Part shown: piece by piece, positions 27,101 to 39,100 of the stretch
Position numbering within the stretch: position 1 is the stretch's first letter
Layout of the letters: each line of letters opens with the position of its first letter
Origin: an uncultured Planctomycetia bacterium
GTDB taxonomy: Bacteria > Omnitrophota > Gorgyraeia > Duberdicusellales > 4484-171
DNA: 64,000 bases
Assembly (NCBI GenBank): GCA_964483625.1
Contig: CAZABB010000003.1
Span: 21,895 to 85,894 of the forward strand
Direction: 5' to 3'
Position numbers and translations under genes: made by a program
Notes under the pieces: model-generated
What the model saw: the letters and a program-made list of their open reading frames with translations, nothing else
The model's database searches: none
What the model was told of the DNA's origin: nothing

Positions 27101-30100
27101 TGCTCAGCGGACCAGAAACGTCGTTCATATGGGGGCAGGCGTGCTGCCGCCGGAAAACCGGTACGCGCCGCTTTCCCGAAAAGAAATCCGAAAAATTGTT
27201 GCGGCTTCTTTAGAAATACTCGAAACCGTGGGGATGGAGGTCCCCGGAGATTCTCTGGGGATCTGGGAAAAAGCGGGTGCGAGAATCGATATCGATCGTA
27301 ATCGTGTCTACCTGCCGGTATCTCTTGTATTATCGGCGCTTACTTCTGCGCCCTCGCGGGTGGTTCTGTATTCACGGACAGCTGAAAATGAGGGGGTAAT
27401 TGTTGATGAGAATCATACGTCTTTCGGGAGCGGCGGCCAAGCGGTAAAAGTGGTGAAAGAAGAAGGGGGGGTACGGGAAAGTACCCTGGAGGATATTTTC
27501 CATATCGGCCGGATTGTCGACGAGCTTGAACAGATTCATTTCTATCTGCGGCCGGTAGAGGCGCAGGATGTTCCCGAAGCCGAACGTGATTTGAATGCCT
27601 ATTACGCCTGCTTAGCCGCGACGCAGAAACATGTGATGGGAGCTTGTTCTTCGGCGGAGAGCGTAAGACAGGTGGTGGAATTGGCTTCTTATATTGCCGG
27701 GGACAAGGAAGTGTTACGTGAGCGTCCCTTTATTTCGTTCACTACTTGTTGTGTCGAACACCCGCTTAAATTCAATCCCTATGTACTGGACATACTAAGG
27801 GAAATTATTGCCGCAGAACTCCCGGTCGTACTTTCTGCCGCACCCCAGCCGGGGGTGACCGCTCCCATCACATTGGCGGCGACTCTGGCTCAGGTGTATG
27901 CGGAGTTGTTCGGATCTCTTACGTATGTACATCTGCTTCGTCCCGGCCATCCGGCGTTGATTGGCGCGACCTTATTTACCAGCGATATCAGGAGCATGGG
28001 AACATGTGCCGGGTCAATTGAAGCCGCGGTATTGAACGCCGGTGCCGTGCAAATCGCCAATTATTTGAAATTACCGCTTTACACTACGGCGGGGGTTACT
28101 GAAAGTAAGCTTCCCGATGATGCTCAGGCGGCAATGGAATCGGAATCGACGCGGACGCTGGTAAGTCTCGCGGGAGGAAGTTTGGTCCATCATGCGGCCG
28201 GTATGCTTGAGACATTGCTTACCGTAGCCCCCATAAAGTATGTGCTTGATAACGAAGGAATTGCACGCATAGTACGTCTGACGCGGGGGGTTAGTGTTAA
28301 CGATGAAACACTGGCGTTGCCGGTGATCGCCGAAGCCGCCGAAGCCGGCGATACATTTGTCTTTATGGCCGGAGACCACACTCAGTCTTATATGCGCACC
28401 GAGCTTGATCTGCCCGGCCCGGCTATTGATCGAAATGCTCGTGAACAATGGAGTGCCGCGGGAGGATCAAGTGCGGGACAACGGGCGGACGAATGCCTTC
28501 AGGGAATGGAGCTTCAACCAGAGGGAACGTATATACCTGATGAGGTCGATCGCTTATTACGCGAGCGATTCGATATCCGGCTGCCGCGAAATCCTGTGTC
28601 CCCTGTTTCTGAAGCTGCAGAGGCAGCAGATCATTATATTACCTCTGCCGCGATGTATGCGGCGGCGGGAGAATATCCGCGGTATGCCCGGCAGTTCAAC
28701 CAGACGGGGGATATGCTCAATGTGCTTGAGGAATATCTGATTGAATCCGGCAAAGTGACCGGACCGCCGTGCGTCGCCGAACGTAAAGATGGCAGGGTTA
28801 TCTGGCATCTGAATGTATTTCAAATTATCAATATATTACGCCGTCAGTATCGTCTTATTTCTATCCTTTCTCTGCTTATTCAGATTTTTATCCATGAATC
28901 CCGGCCGAATGAAGAAAAAGCCATCCGTGCCCAGATACAATATTACACGTTCCTTGCCCGCCTCTCTACCCTTCCGCCACTCCGGGAGTGGAGGTCGGGT
29001 GTGGTGAGAAGCCGGCCGGATCGGTTCGACTTGGCGCCTTCTCCGGTCGGTAACGTTGAAGTACATCCGACCAACCGCTGTAACCTGCTGTGCCAAGGGT
29101 GCACGTATATCGCGTGCGATCGCCGGGAGACGTTGTCTTTCGGCGCTTTAGATTCTCTGGCGCAATTGTATCCGTCAGCAATACTTATCGTCGGGGGAGG
29201 AGAACCGACCTTATACCGGGACGGGGATAAGAGATTCAATGAGTTCGTACTGCGTGTCAGAGAACTTCTTCCCGATGCGCATATCAGCCTTACAACGAAC
29301 GGGATTTTTATTCCGCCCGGTACATGGCAGGATCATGTCGGTTTTATAGGTATATCTTTGCACGGAAGTTCTCAGAGAGAGTATGAGGATTTTACCCGTA
29401 CAAAGAAAAAGGATTGTTTCGAAACGGTATGGCGGAATATTTTTGAACGGTATCTGCGGGACAGTCCGATTCCCACCGTGGTCGTGTCGTACGTCTACTC
29501 GCGGGATAATTATGAGAATATCCTGCCGTTGACGAGAAAGTTGTGGCAGGCCTGGGAGGAAGTGGAAGCTCAGCTGCGGGTCCGGGGAAGAGAAAAAGAA
29601 TTTCGTTTTGTCTTGCAGCCTTACGCCGATGATACGCTTCCCGCCGATCCCTATGCATATGCCAATCTTACCGGCCCCCAGAAAGAAGCGTACCGCAGGA
29701 GGCTGGAATCCATAGAGAAGGACGAACCTCTCTTCTGGGAATTCATCAAAAAGCACGCTTCACATGTGCGCACATATCCGTTGAAGGAACATAAAGCTCC
29801 CGGAGTGAATTCCTGCTGGATGGTCGCCGATTATGTATTGTTGGGCGCCGACGGCATTTTTTATCCCTGTTGTGTTATGGCCGCGGCGGCGCGCGCGTGT
29901 AATCTCGGCCCCGTGGAAGATGGCATTGATATGCTCCGGGAAGAACGCCAGCGTCTCATGGAATCCGTTCCTCCGCGCTGCCGGCAGGGATGCCGTCTTG
30001 TCGGTACGTATATGGGGAAAAAGGTGCGTGCCCATTTACGGAAATATTCAGAAGAACAAAGTCCGGGTAGCATGTATAATCTGGGGGTAACGGGATTGTT

Positions 30101-33100
30101 ATTAGGTTTGAGCGTAACGAATCTTGGTATGCCGCCGGCCGGCGTTATTGTTCCCGGCAGCGGCGCCCCTTCATCCGCCGGCTATGTAATCCCTCTGGTT
30201 GCGTTTCTCCTTGTGGCCGGTCTCATTGCGCTGGACTTTCTGATCTTTGAATATGAAAAGATACGGTCATTTATCCGCACGGTTACGGTGAGGGTGAAAA
30301 GGAATATCGTCGTCGGGACGGGGATTGTATTACTTATCTTCATGTTCGGGATTACCGGATGTACAGGGGACTCCGGACGTACCGATCCCGTTCCTTCACC
30401 GTCTTCGCCGGCCGTTGTCGGGGTGTCAAAGACGAAGGAGTTGAATGCGATGTTTCTCGTCGTCGACCAGGAAAGTGCTTACGCGATGCATCGGGTCGTG
30501 GGAGGGAATTGTGAAGACGACTGGGTTTCTACCTGGCTTACGTTTCAATGGGAGGTATTTCAGCGTTCGATACGGGAACAGTACGGTGTGGCACTTATTC
30601 TGCGCGATGTTGCCTGGCCTCCCTGTAAAAAAGTCAACGTTACCCTGGCTCAATTCCCCGGCGGCGTTCATATCGGCGGTGATATCCCGGAAGTGCGGGA
30701 AGTTATTGCCCGGGAACATCTGCCGGTTGATACGGTTATTCTTACCGTCGAGGATCTTGAGTGTCCCTACGGTTTAAATGCCACAGAGATTCAGCGCTGC
30801 TCCATGAGAGAGAACGGCAGGGAGATTGAGGTGAATCAATGGTGGCAAGAGGAACTGATCGAGCAGGGCGTTCTGGAAGAGATATCCGGTGAATCTTCAC
30901 TCATACCTTTACAGGATGATACTCCGCCGGTACTGCGCTCCTCTGTTCTTTCCGGATATCCGTTATTTGTTGAGAACACGCAGTGGCTTTTCGGGTGTTC
31001 TCTTCTCAATGTGTTTATTGGTTTGTCCCTCCGTATCCGTTCTTTTTTTAGAAATAAAATCCCCGGGCAAGTACTCTCCACCTTGGGGGAGGCCTCTTCC
31101 GTGACTGTAGGCGCCCTCCTTGCCCGGGATGTATTTAAAAAGTATCATTGCTCCGCCGCCGCGTTTTTGCTGTTTTTCCATTCTTTCCAAAGTATGGCAG
31201 GAGACGGCAGACAGGCGATCGGTCTGGCGCTCATTGGCTTTATGTGTCTGATCGGATTGTGGATTACCGTGGAGACGGTTTTGTTCGCCCGGAAATGGAT
31301 CTATACGATTAATCCGCAACAGATGCTGGAGAAACAGTTCATCGGAAAAGTTTCTCTGCGTGATTTTATCCGGTATGCCGCGCCGGTAGTGCTGATAGAC
31401 GTGATGAGTAAACTATCCGTCGTTTTTCTCACCGATATCCCCCGGACGGCCGGCGATACGGTGACCGCATCAACACCCCATATTGCCCTGGGAGAGTCTC
31501 TCTGGTGTGCCAATTTCCGTTTAGACGCGGAAAACTGGATGGGGATATCTGTAGGAAACATTCCCTGGGTTATCTTCGCGGGATTTTTTGCGCTGGCGTT
31601 GGGGTATCTTCTTATGATGTTCCGTTTCCATCGTTCCCGGAAGTTGAGGAACGTCTCCGAAGTCGGTTTGATAGTTATTTCTTTTCTGCGTATGCTTCTG
31701 TTTGTCATGGCCGGAACAGGTATTGCCACAGCCATCTCCCTTCAATGGACGATCCTTCCGACCGACTGGATCGTCTTTAATACGCTCGATGGCCCCATTC
31801 CTACTAATTTCGCTGATATAATCGGATTGTTCACCGTGGCGGTATGGCTTCTGATGTGGATAACTCTTATGACCATGGAGTCGATGGATCGAACGCGGTC
31901 AGGTGAGGGAGGAATATGCCGTCTCGTAAGCGGATGTCCCGTTTGTTCACCGCAAGAGGATTTCCCGCCGGGATTTTTTTACGATGAAATATCCTGGGAC
32001 GAAGAAGGTCAGGTTGAGGTTGATAACGTACTGTGTGATTTATCCCGGCGTCAGGCGGAAGAAGGGTTTGGTTTTCCTCATTACTGGGATCAATTGCTGA
32101 CCGTAGGTGAGATGTGCGAGGGAACAACGGACGTGAGTTTGAGAGAGCGGTATCGTCAGGCATTACGGGAAGAGGCCGAAGATGCCAGGATGGTCGAAGT
32201 AAAAGATCTGGATATGTTTAAAGTCATCAAAATACTCTGGCGTCCTCTGCGTCGTTTCGGGTTTCCCGGGACCAGACGGAACGGGCAGGCGGTCAACGAG
32301 GGATGTTTTATCTGTATCCCCAATATGTCCTCGTTACAGAGGGGAGTAAGAGTGGAAGGGGGATTGCCCGTGCCGCTTCGTCAGCCGGATGCGCCGTCAG
32401 GGCCGATTGCATCGGCACATCAAACCGTTTTGTTTCGCAAAGATGGTTTGATGTTAAGTCAGCTCGATAGGCCGTGGCCCAACGTTGTCTATGTTGCTCA
32501 AGGGGATATTCGGGATATCGCACGGTTTATCATGTTCATGAGAGAAGGTTTACGAAATAAGTTTCCCGCTGAGAGTCAAAGGAGAGGGTTTAACATTCTC
32601 TTTACCCGTGATCAGAACAGGGAGGTAAAAGTATTCTTCATCCCCCGGCGGAAATTAAAGCCGTCGGGATTCGGAAATGAGTTCGCCGCGTTTGAGATGT
32701 GCGGAATCATTGTACTGCATCGTACCGGGGATTTTATCCAAATGCAGGAAGAACATATTTATAACGCATTGGCGGAATGCGGGTATCCTCAGGATGAAGA
32801 CGGCCGCATGCGCGAGGTGTTTGATGATGCGGTAGCCGCTTTATCCGAAAGAGAGAGCGATGAAGAGGATTCCTGCGACACTGATTTTGCCGCTCTCTGC
32901 AATCCTTTTGCCATCGTGCCCCATCATATCACACTGGCTTCTTTATCCCACATTCCGCAGGAGCTCACGTTTTCTTGTCTTCTGTTTATTCTTCATCTTA
33001 CCGGGCATTGCCGCGATTTCCGTTTCTGTTTTAATTCTATCGACGGCGGAGCTTCGATCGAGAAACATCTGCATTTTCAGGGGACAGACCTGCCGTTTCC

Positions 33101-36100
33101 CGTCGAAAACGGGAGAAATGAAGCGATCGATGCTGCGCTGGCGTCAGCATCTTCGGATACCCCGGTCATGTACGGATTCGTCTTCTTCGGTCTTTATGGG
33201 TTTTTCAGCGGTACGCTTACTTTTCTTTTAAACGTTCAGACACTCACTAATATCCTTAATTTAACGGCGATTGTGTTGTTGATCTTTTTTATGGTTCATA
33301 CGTTGAGACGGGGAGGTATTGATTCCGATTATCGTTCTGCTTTCCTGGGGGCGCGTGGGATTTCGGCTTCGTTGTCTTCAAAGATACGTCCCGGAGAAAC
33401 GGCTCAATTGCAGGGGGCCGGTATCCTTACGGTCCATGTCACCATACGAGCTCTTATTTACCCGGTGGCTCTTTTTTACATCAATAAATGTGATATTTCT
33501 CCTCCGGGAGAATTCTCTCCCTTCTCTGTGTACATACTTATCCTGCGTAATGCCGTTGTTGTCCTGGCGTTGTTTATCTACGTTTATGTTGCCAATCGTA
33601 CCCGGCCGGAGGAGAGGATATTTGTCGACCGGGGCTACGACTTCGATACGTATAGCCACCCTTTCATTAAAGGCTTTGTGAAGATCGCTTCTCTTTATCC
33701 CCGTGCTACTGTCGGTCTGTTGGGAATCCTTGATCAGACGTTACAGACCGGATTGGCGTTTGTGGCAGTATTGACCCTTACGCCGGGAGAACTCACCCTG
33801 ATTCTTTTTTCTGCCTTTGTGCCGACAAAGATCCTGGCGCACTATGTCCTCGGTGAACAATTGACGTTAAGAAAAGTCGGCGGCGGTATTCTGGCGTTTG
33901 CCGGCCTGTTTATCTTTACCGTAGGGTTTGGTTTTGATTTGAACGTTCTGGAAATTGGGACATTGCTGGGTCTTATTTCGATGTCTTTGATCGCCGTGCG
34001 TAATATCCTGTATAAACCCATAGCCAATATGTATTCCAGTCCCTGGCTGACCTATATGCAGTTTCTTGCCGGTACCGTACTCCTGGGGGCGACACTGGCA
34101 TTTTTCCCTCCATTTACTCACGCTCAGAGCAGTCACATCTTTTCTCACTTTACTGATCTTCTGGCCGGCGTGATGTTAAGTGCCGGCATCATTGTTATTG
34201 CTTATATCACCAATCTGCTCGCTTTGCGTACCCTTAAGAGTTCTACCGTATCCATGGCACAAGTTGCCATACCGGTCTGTGCCGCGTTCTGGCAGCTGGT
34301 ATTACTTTCGATTCCTCTTACCCTGATTAAATTTCTCGGGATGCTTATTGTTATTATGGGGAATCTTATGAGTGGGATGAAAGGAAGTATCAGACGGTTG
34401 ATCAAGGATGCAGGTACACGTGTTCTTTCCCGGCGGGCGCGGAATTCGGTACATATGTGTGTTGATGTGTTCGTTTTTATACCGGTCTTTCTAGGGGGAA
34501 ACCCTTTTTCCGGCCCATTTTTTCATTTAATCGTCGGTATTTTTGTTTTTTGGTGTATAATAATCATAGGGGATTTTTCAACTCATTCTTCTTCCAAGAA
34601 CATATCTCGGTCCAGACAAGTATTCCCCGCATTGAGGGTGACCTCTTCCGTGGCTGCAGGTGCCCTCCTTGTCTGGGCCGTGTTTTCTCTTTCCTTATCC
34701 GGCCCTCCTTTCCCGGCAGATTTTCTCCTGTTACAATCTATTCCGTTGATTGGTATGCTGGGAGGAATCCATCATGTTATTCCGTCCCGTCCCGAAGATC
34801 TAAAGAAAGAGGATGTCCTTGAGCTGATAAGAGGTGATGGAGAGCGGGAACGGTTTACTCTCTGTATGGATCCTGTTGTGCCTCCGGGGCAGGAATATTT
34901 TACCAAGGCACGCATCGAACATGGCGAATATGTTTCGTTGACCTTTCCGGCTTCTTCCGCCGAAGTGGCGCTTGTTGAGAATGTCAATGCCGAAGGATTG
35001 ATTCATGGGGAAGGACTTACCGACGCCGCAGAAACATTCGTTTTAGTCTGCGATTGGATCGAAACCATACCCGGAGACGCCGAGTCAGGCTTAAAATTCG
35101 GGGAGTTGATCGGCCGCCGGGTAGAGGCACCGGAATACGCTCTGGCGAAATTTATTGTCCTTGTCCAGCGCATGGGTGCCTTGCATGAGCAGGGTGTGTT
35201 TATGAGAGAGGGATTTGGCTACGAGGACATCCTTGCCGATCGGTACGGAGATCCGGTTATATACAATGTAGAGTCGGTGGTAAAAACAGCTTTTTTCCCG
35301 GGAGACAAAGGCGGGAAGGAGTATGTTGCCTCTGACATCGCCGTGTTGGGCGACATGTTGACGTTGATCTCTCATAAACCGATATTACAGCATCCTGTCC
35401 TGACGCAATCGCGCCGGGAAATAGAACGCATCGCGTCCTATACCCGCTCCGGTACGTATGGCGATACGGTAATATTCATAAGTGACCTTCAATCGGCTTT
35501 GAAGACTCTTCAGGAAGCCCGGCTTGTATATGAATACGGCGACCAATGTGTTTCGGGCCTCATTCTGGATATCGATGGAACATGCGCGACGGATACCGGA
35601 AAGGTGTATCTTCCTGTGATGAAAGAGGTGGCGGCCTGTATGCAACAGGAAGTAGTCAGCCTCTTTGCCACGGGCAGACGGTTCCTCAACTGCCCATTCC
35701 TTAGAATTGTCCGGCAATTTCCGCAGGAAATGCGTACAAAAGCACGCTGGTCTTTAGGGAACGGCATGTTATATTTCGGACAGATTGAGGATGCCTACGT
35801 GGCCAGAGAGCAAGGTGAGATTGAAGCGGGACAGGAGTGGATATTTGCCAGCCACGATTACAGGTACCCGGATGAGGAAATGGAACGGCTGGAGGAAGTG
35901 GTGGGCCGGATGTTGGAGGATGTCCCTCAGCCGTGGTTTACGTGGTTCTGGTTGCCTGATGATGTCCATCCCTGGCGGTTTGCCGCAGATCTGCGTACGG
36001 CTCTTGCTGTTGCTGCGGTCACCGGTACGGTACATGTTTGCTCCTATCGGCGTGATCAGAGAACAGCGGGTATAAAGACGCAAGAAGATCCCCCGCTGTC

Positions 36101-39100
36101 CGCGCGAAGATTCAGTGAGTGGCATCGTCCCGGAGAATTGTCGTACGCGATTGCCATTGATCGGGTAGGGAAAATCAGGGCGCGAAATATATTGGCCGGG
36201 GAAGTCAATGCAGAAATTCCGGAAGGGAAGATCGTCATGATCGGTGACGGATATAATGATAAAGACGTTGTGACCGTATGGGTGGGAGAAATTGGAGAAC
36301 CGGTAAGCAACGGGCACGGCGAACCCGTCTACTTTGGCGGGAACGAAAAAGGGACCGCCCGGGCTTTGCACATTATCCGACGGGTAGCCCGACTGCCTAA
36401 CCCGTCATCCCTCTCAGGGGATGATCTTCGGGATCAACGCCATATGCACGTATTCGTGGGGATCCTTCTCGCTGCATTTTTCTTGCCTCATTTCGAATTG
36501 GGCCTTGACCGGAAATCTGCCGTAACTTTGTCTATAGAGGGCGAAGCGATGAGAGGGGATATTGTGCCCGCCGCCGATTTTGTCAGAAGGGCGGGAGCAG
36601 ACCGAAAACAGTATGCCGTTACTCCGGTAAAAGACAGCGGTGCGCTGAATGTCATGCGAAATATTTTCAACCTTTCCTGCGATCCGGTACGGATAAGTGT
36701 GATAAGTTGGGAACGATACCCTCTGTTTGTGCATTGTTCTCTTGCTCCGCGTGACGAATACGTGATCGACCTTACGCAGGGATTAGCTCGGGTTCCTTTA
36801 TATGAAGTATCCACTTCTTTCCCCGAAAAGGACACGATTTTAAGCGAGTGGCTTCTTTTTGAAGCACACATCCATCGACAGCGGATTCCCGTCGAACATT
36901 TGACTTGGGAATATATCGGCAAGTGGGGGATAGAAAGGATGATACTCTTCCCGGGGATATATCCTCCTAATTGTCCCTATACGTGGCGGATGATTGAAAC
37001 GGTTCTTGCCCGGCACCGGATGCAGGGAAAGAGATCTCTGGATCTAGGATGCGGGAGCGGAATCATCGCGTTGACCCTGACTTTGGCAGGAGCCCGGATG
37101 ACCGCTTTGGATATTGATCCTTTAGCTATAGCCAATACCCGGGCGAATATGGCTTTATACGGAGTACGCGGTGTCAGAACTTTCGTGTCGGACGCATTTG
37201 AGAATATACCGTCCGAAGACATATTCGATATAATCGTGTGGAGCAATCCTCCTCCGGTTTTTACAGAGGATGTACAGGTATACAAAATATTAGTCGAGGT
37301 AAAGAGGCAGGCGTATTCCCGAAATTGGCAGATTATCCAGCTCCGTCCCGAGCGGATTATTGCTCGTCTACCTCAGCCATGTCTGTATCCGGCTCTGGCA
37401 GCGATCGTATGCCTGTTGGTAATGCTGATGGTGTGGGGAGGATATATCCATTCTCTCGAAGGTACTGAGTATGCCTGGACCTCAGCCTATTTACCTCTTA
37501 TCCTGGGCAGTGTCGTTTCCACAAAAAAACATTATGGCCCCGCGGAAGTGAAAGAAATCGTCGAACAAGCGATAGAACAGATTGTCCGGTTCTACAGAAA
37601 GCTGTCGATCCGTCAGCGCAGTGCTTTAACCGGTATGCCTACCTGTGAACAGCTTTTCCGTTATTTAATTACCGGAGACAAGAAAGGGGTGCCGAAGGAT
37701 ATCGTCACCAACAAGCAGAAGAGTCTTATCGACGTCTGCCGTGACTACTGGAAAGACGGAGAAGAGGGAATTATTTCTTTGATGTTGTTTGCCGGTGCGG
37801 GAGGAAGTGGAAAGACCAGTATCGCCAAAGCATTCATTGCCGAAGCGAAAGAAGCGCTCAGGACGCTTGCCGGAAGATACGATATTGACCTTGAAAATTT
37901 ATTCCTTCTGTTTTCTTTCGACCGATATATTCTCCAGTACTCCGATAGAGAGATCGATCCTATCACAGGGAAAACTACGGAAAATCCCGTTAAGAAGTTT
38001 CAAATAGCCCGTTTCGTGGAAGCCATGAAAGCTCTTCTGAAAGGGGAGGTGATTTACGCGCCGATTTTCGATTTTAAACAGCGAGGCAGATTAAGGATCG
38101 GCCGGACTCAGAGAGGGGTGGCGATATATAACCGGAGCAGTCCTTCTCCCCGGGCCGCGACGAAATATCTGAATCGTGCCGTTATTACCTTCGGCCCGGA
38201 AGCGGTGCAGGTGGAGGAAGAGATATGGAATGAAGGCGCGGAAGAATGGATTCCGGCAGAATCGGAGGGTATCCTCGAAGAAATAACGCCGGAGCATTAT
38301 TCCTATGGACGGTTGTATCGTTTCGGAAGCATTTCCTGTGCCTTTCGCAGGGAGGAGAATGAATCGGCGCCGGCGCAATTGGTGATTCGTATCGCCGATA
38401 CCGATCATTACCTCATTCCGGATCAGGAAGGAGAATTTCAGGGAATACGCGTTGACGAACGCGAGTGGTTTTTTGACAATGAGAAAGACGGTCTTTGTGA
38501 GTTTCGGGAACGTGTTGACGCCCGAGGGAAAATTTTTATCGCCGAGGGTATTCTGACCCTGATTGATGAAGACCTGAATCAGGATGCGGTTTCGGTATTC
38601 CTCGATGCTTTAGAATGGGCACGTATTTTACGCATGATCGTACGTGCCGAAAGTGAAACGGGACGAAAAGGCGGAGTTGAAGAAGTGCTGGAAAAAAGAA
38701 TCACCCTGCTTTATACCGAGGAAGCTCCGCACATCTATCCCACCCGGGACATTGCCCGTTTTGTGGTGAGCACCCAGACCCGTTCCGAAAGTGTGTTTGT
38801 TTATTTTACCACCGGGGCCCTGCAGGAGCCCCATCGATTAAGTAACGAACAACTGGAGGTTCTGGAAGAATTGGGGATTCAGCCCGAGCATCTTGTCGCA
38901 AGCTTACGGCGTATGCATCGTGAACAGCTGGAATATCGACTGCTTAACTGGTGTCTGGCCTATCCTCCGATCGCCGGAAGTTCTTTCTGGGTGTTCCACC
39001 TGGTCGACCCCAAGTTAGAGAAAGAAGTCGGGATTAAAAACGGTGTGGCATGTATTGATAAAAGAGATTTATTAATGGTAAAAGTCGCACGGAACAGCGC

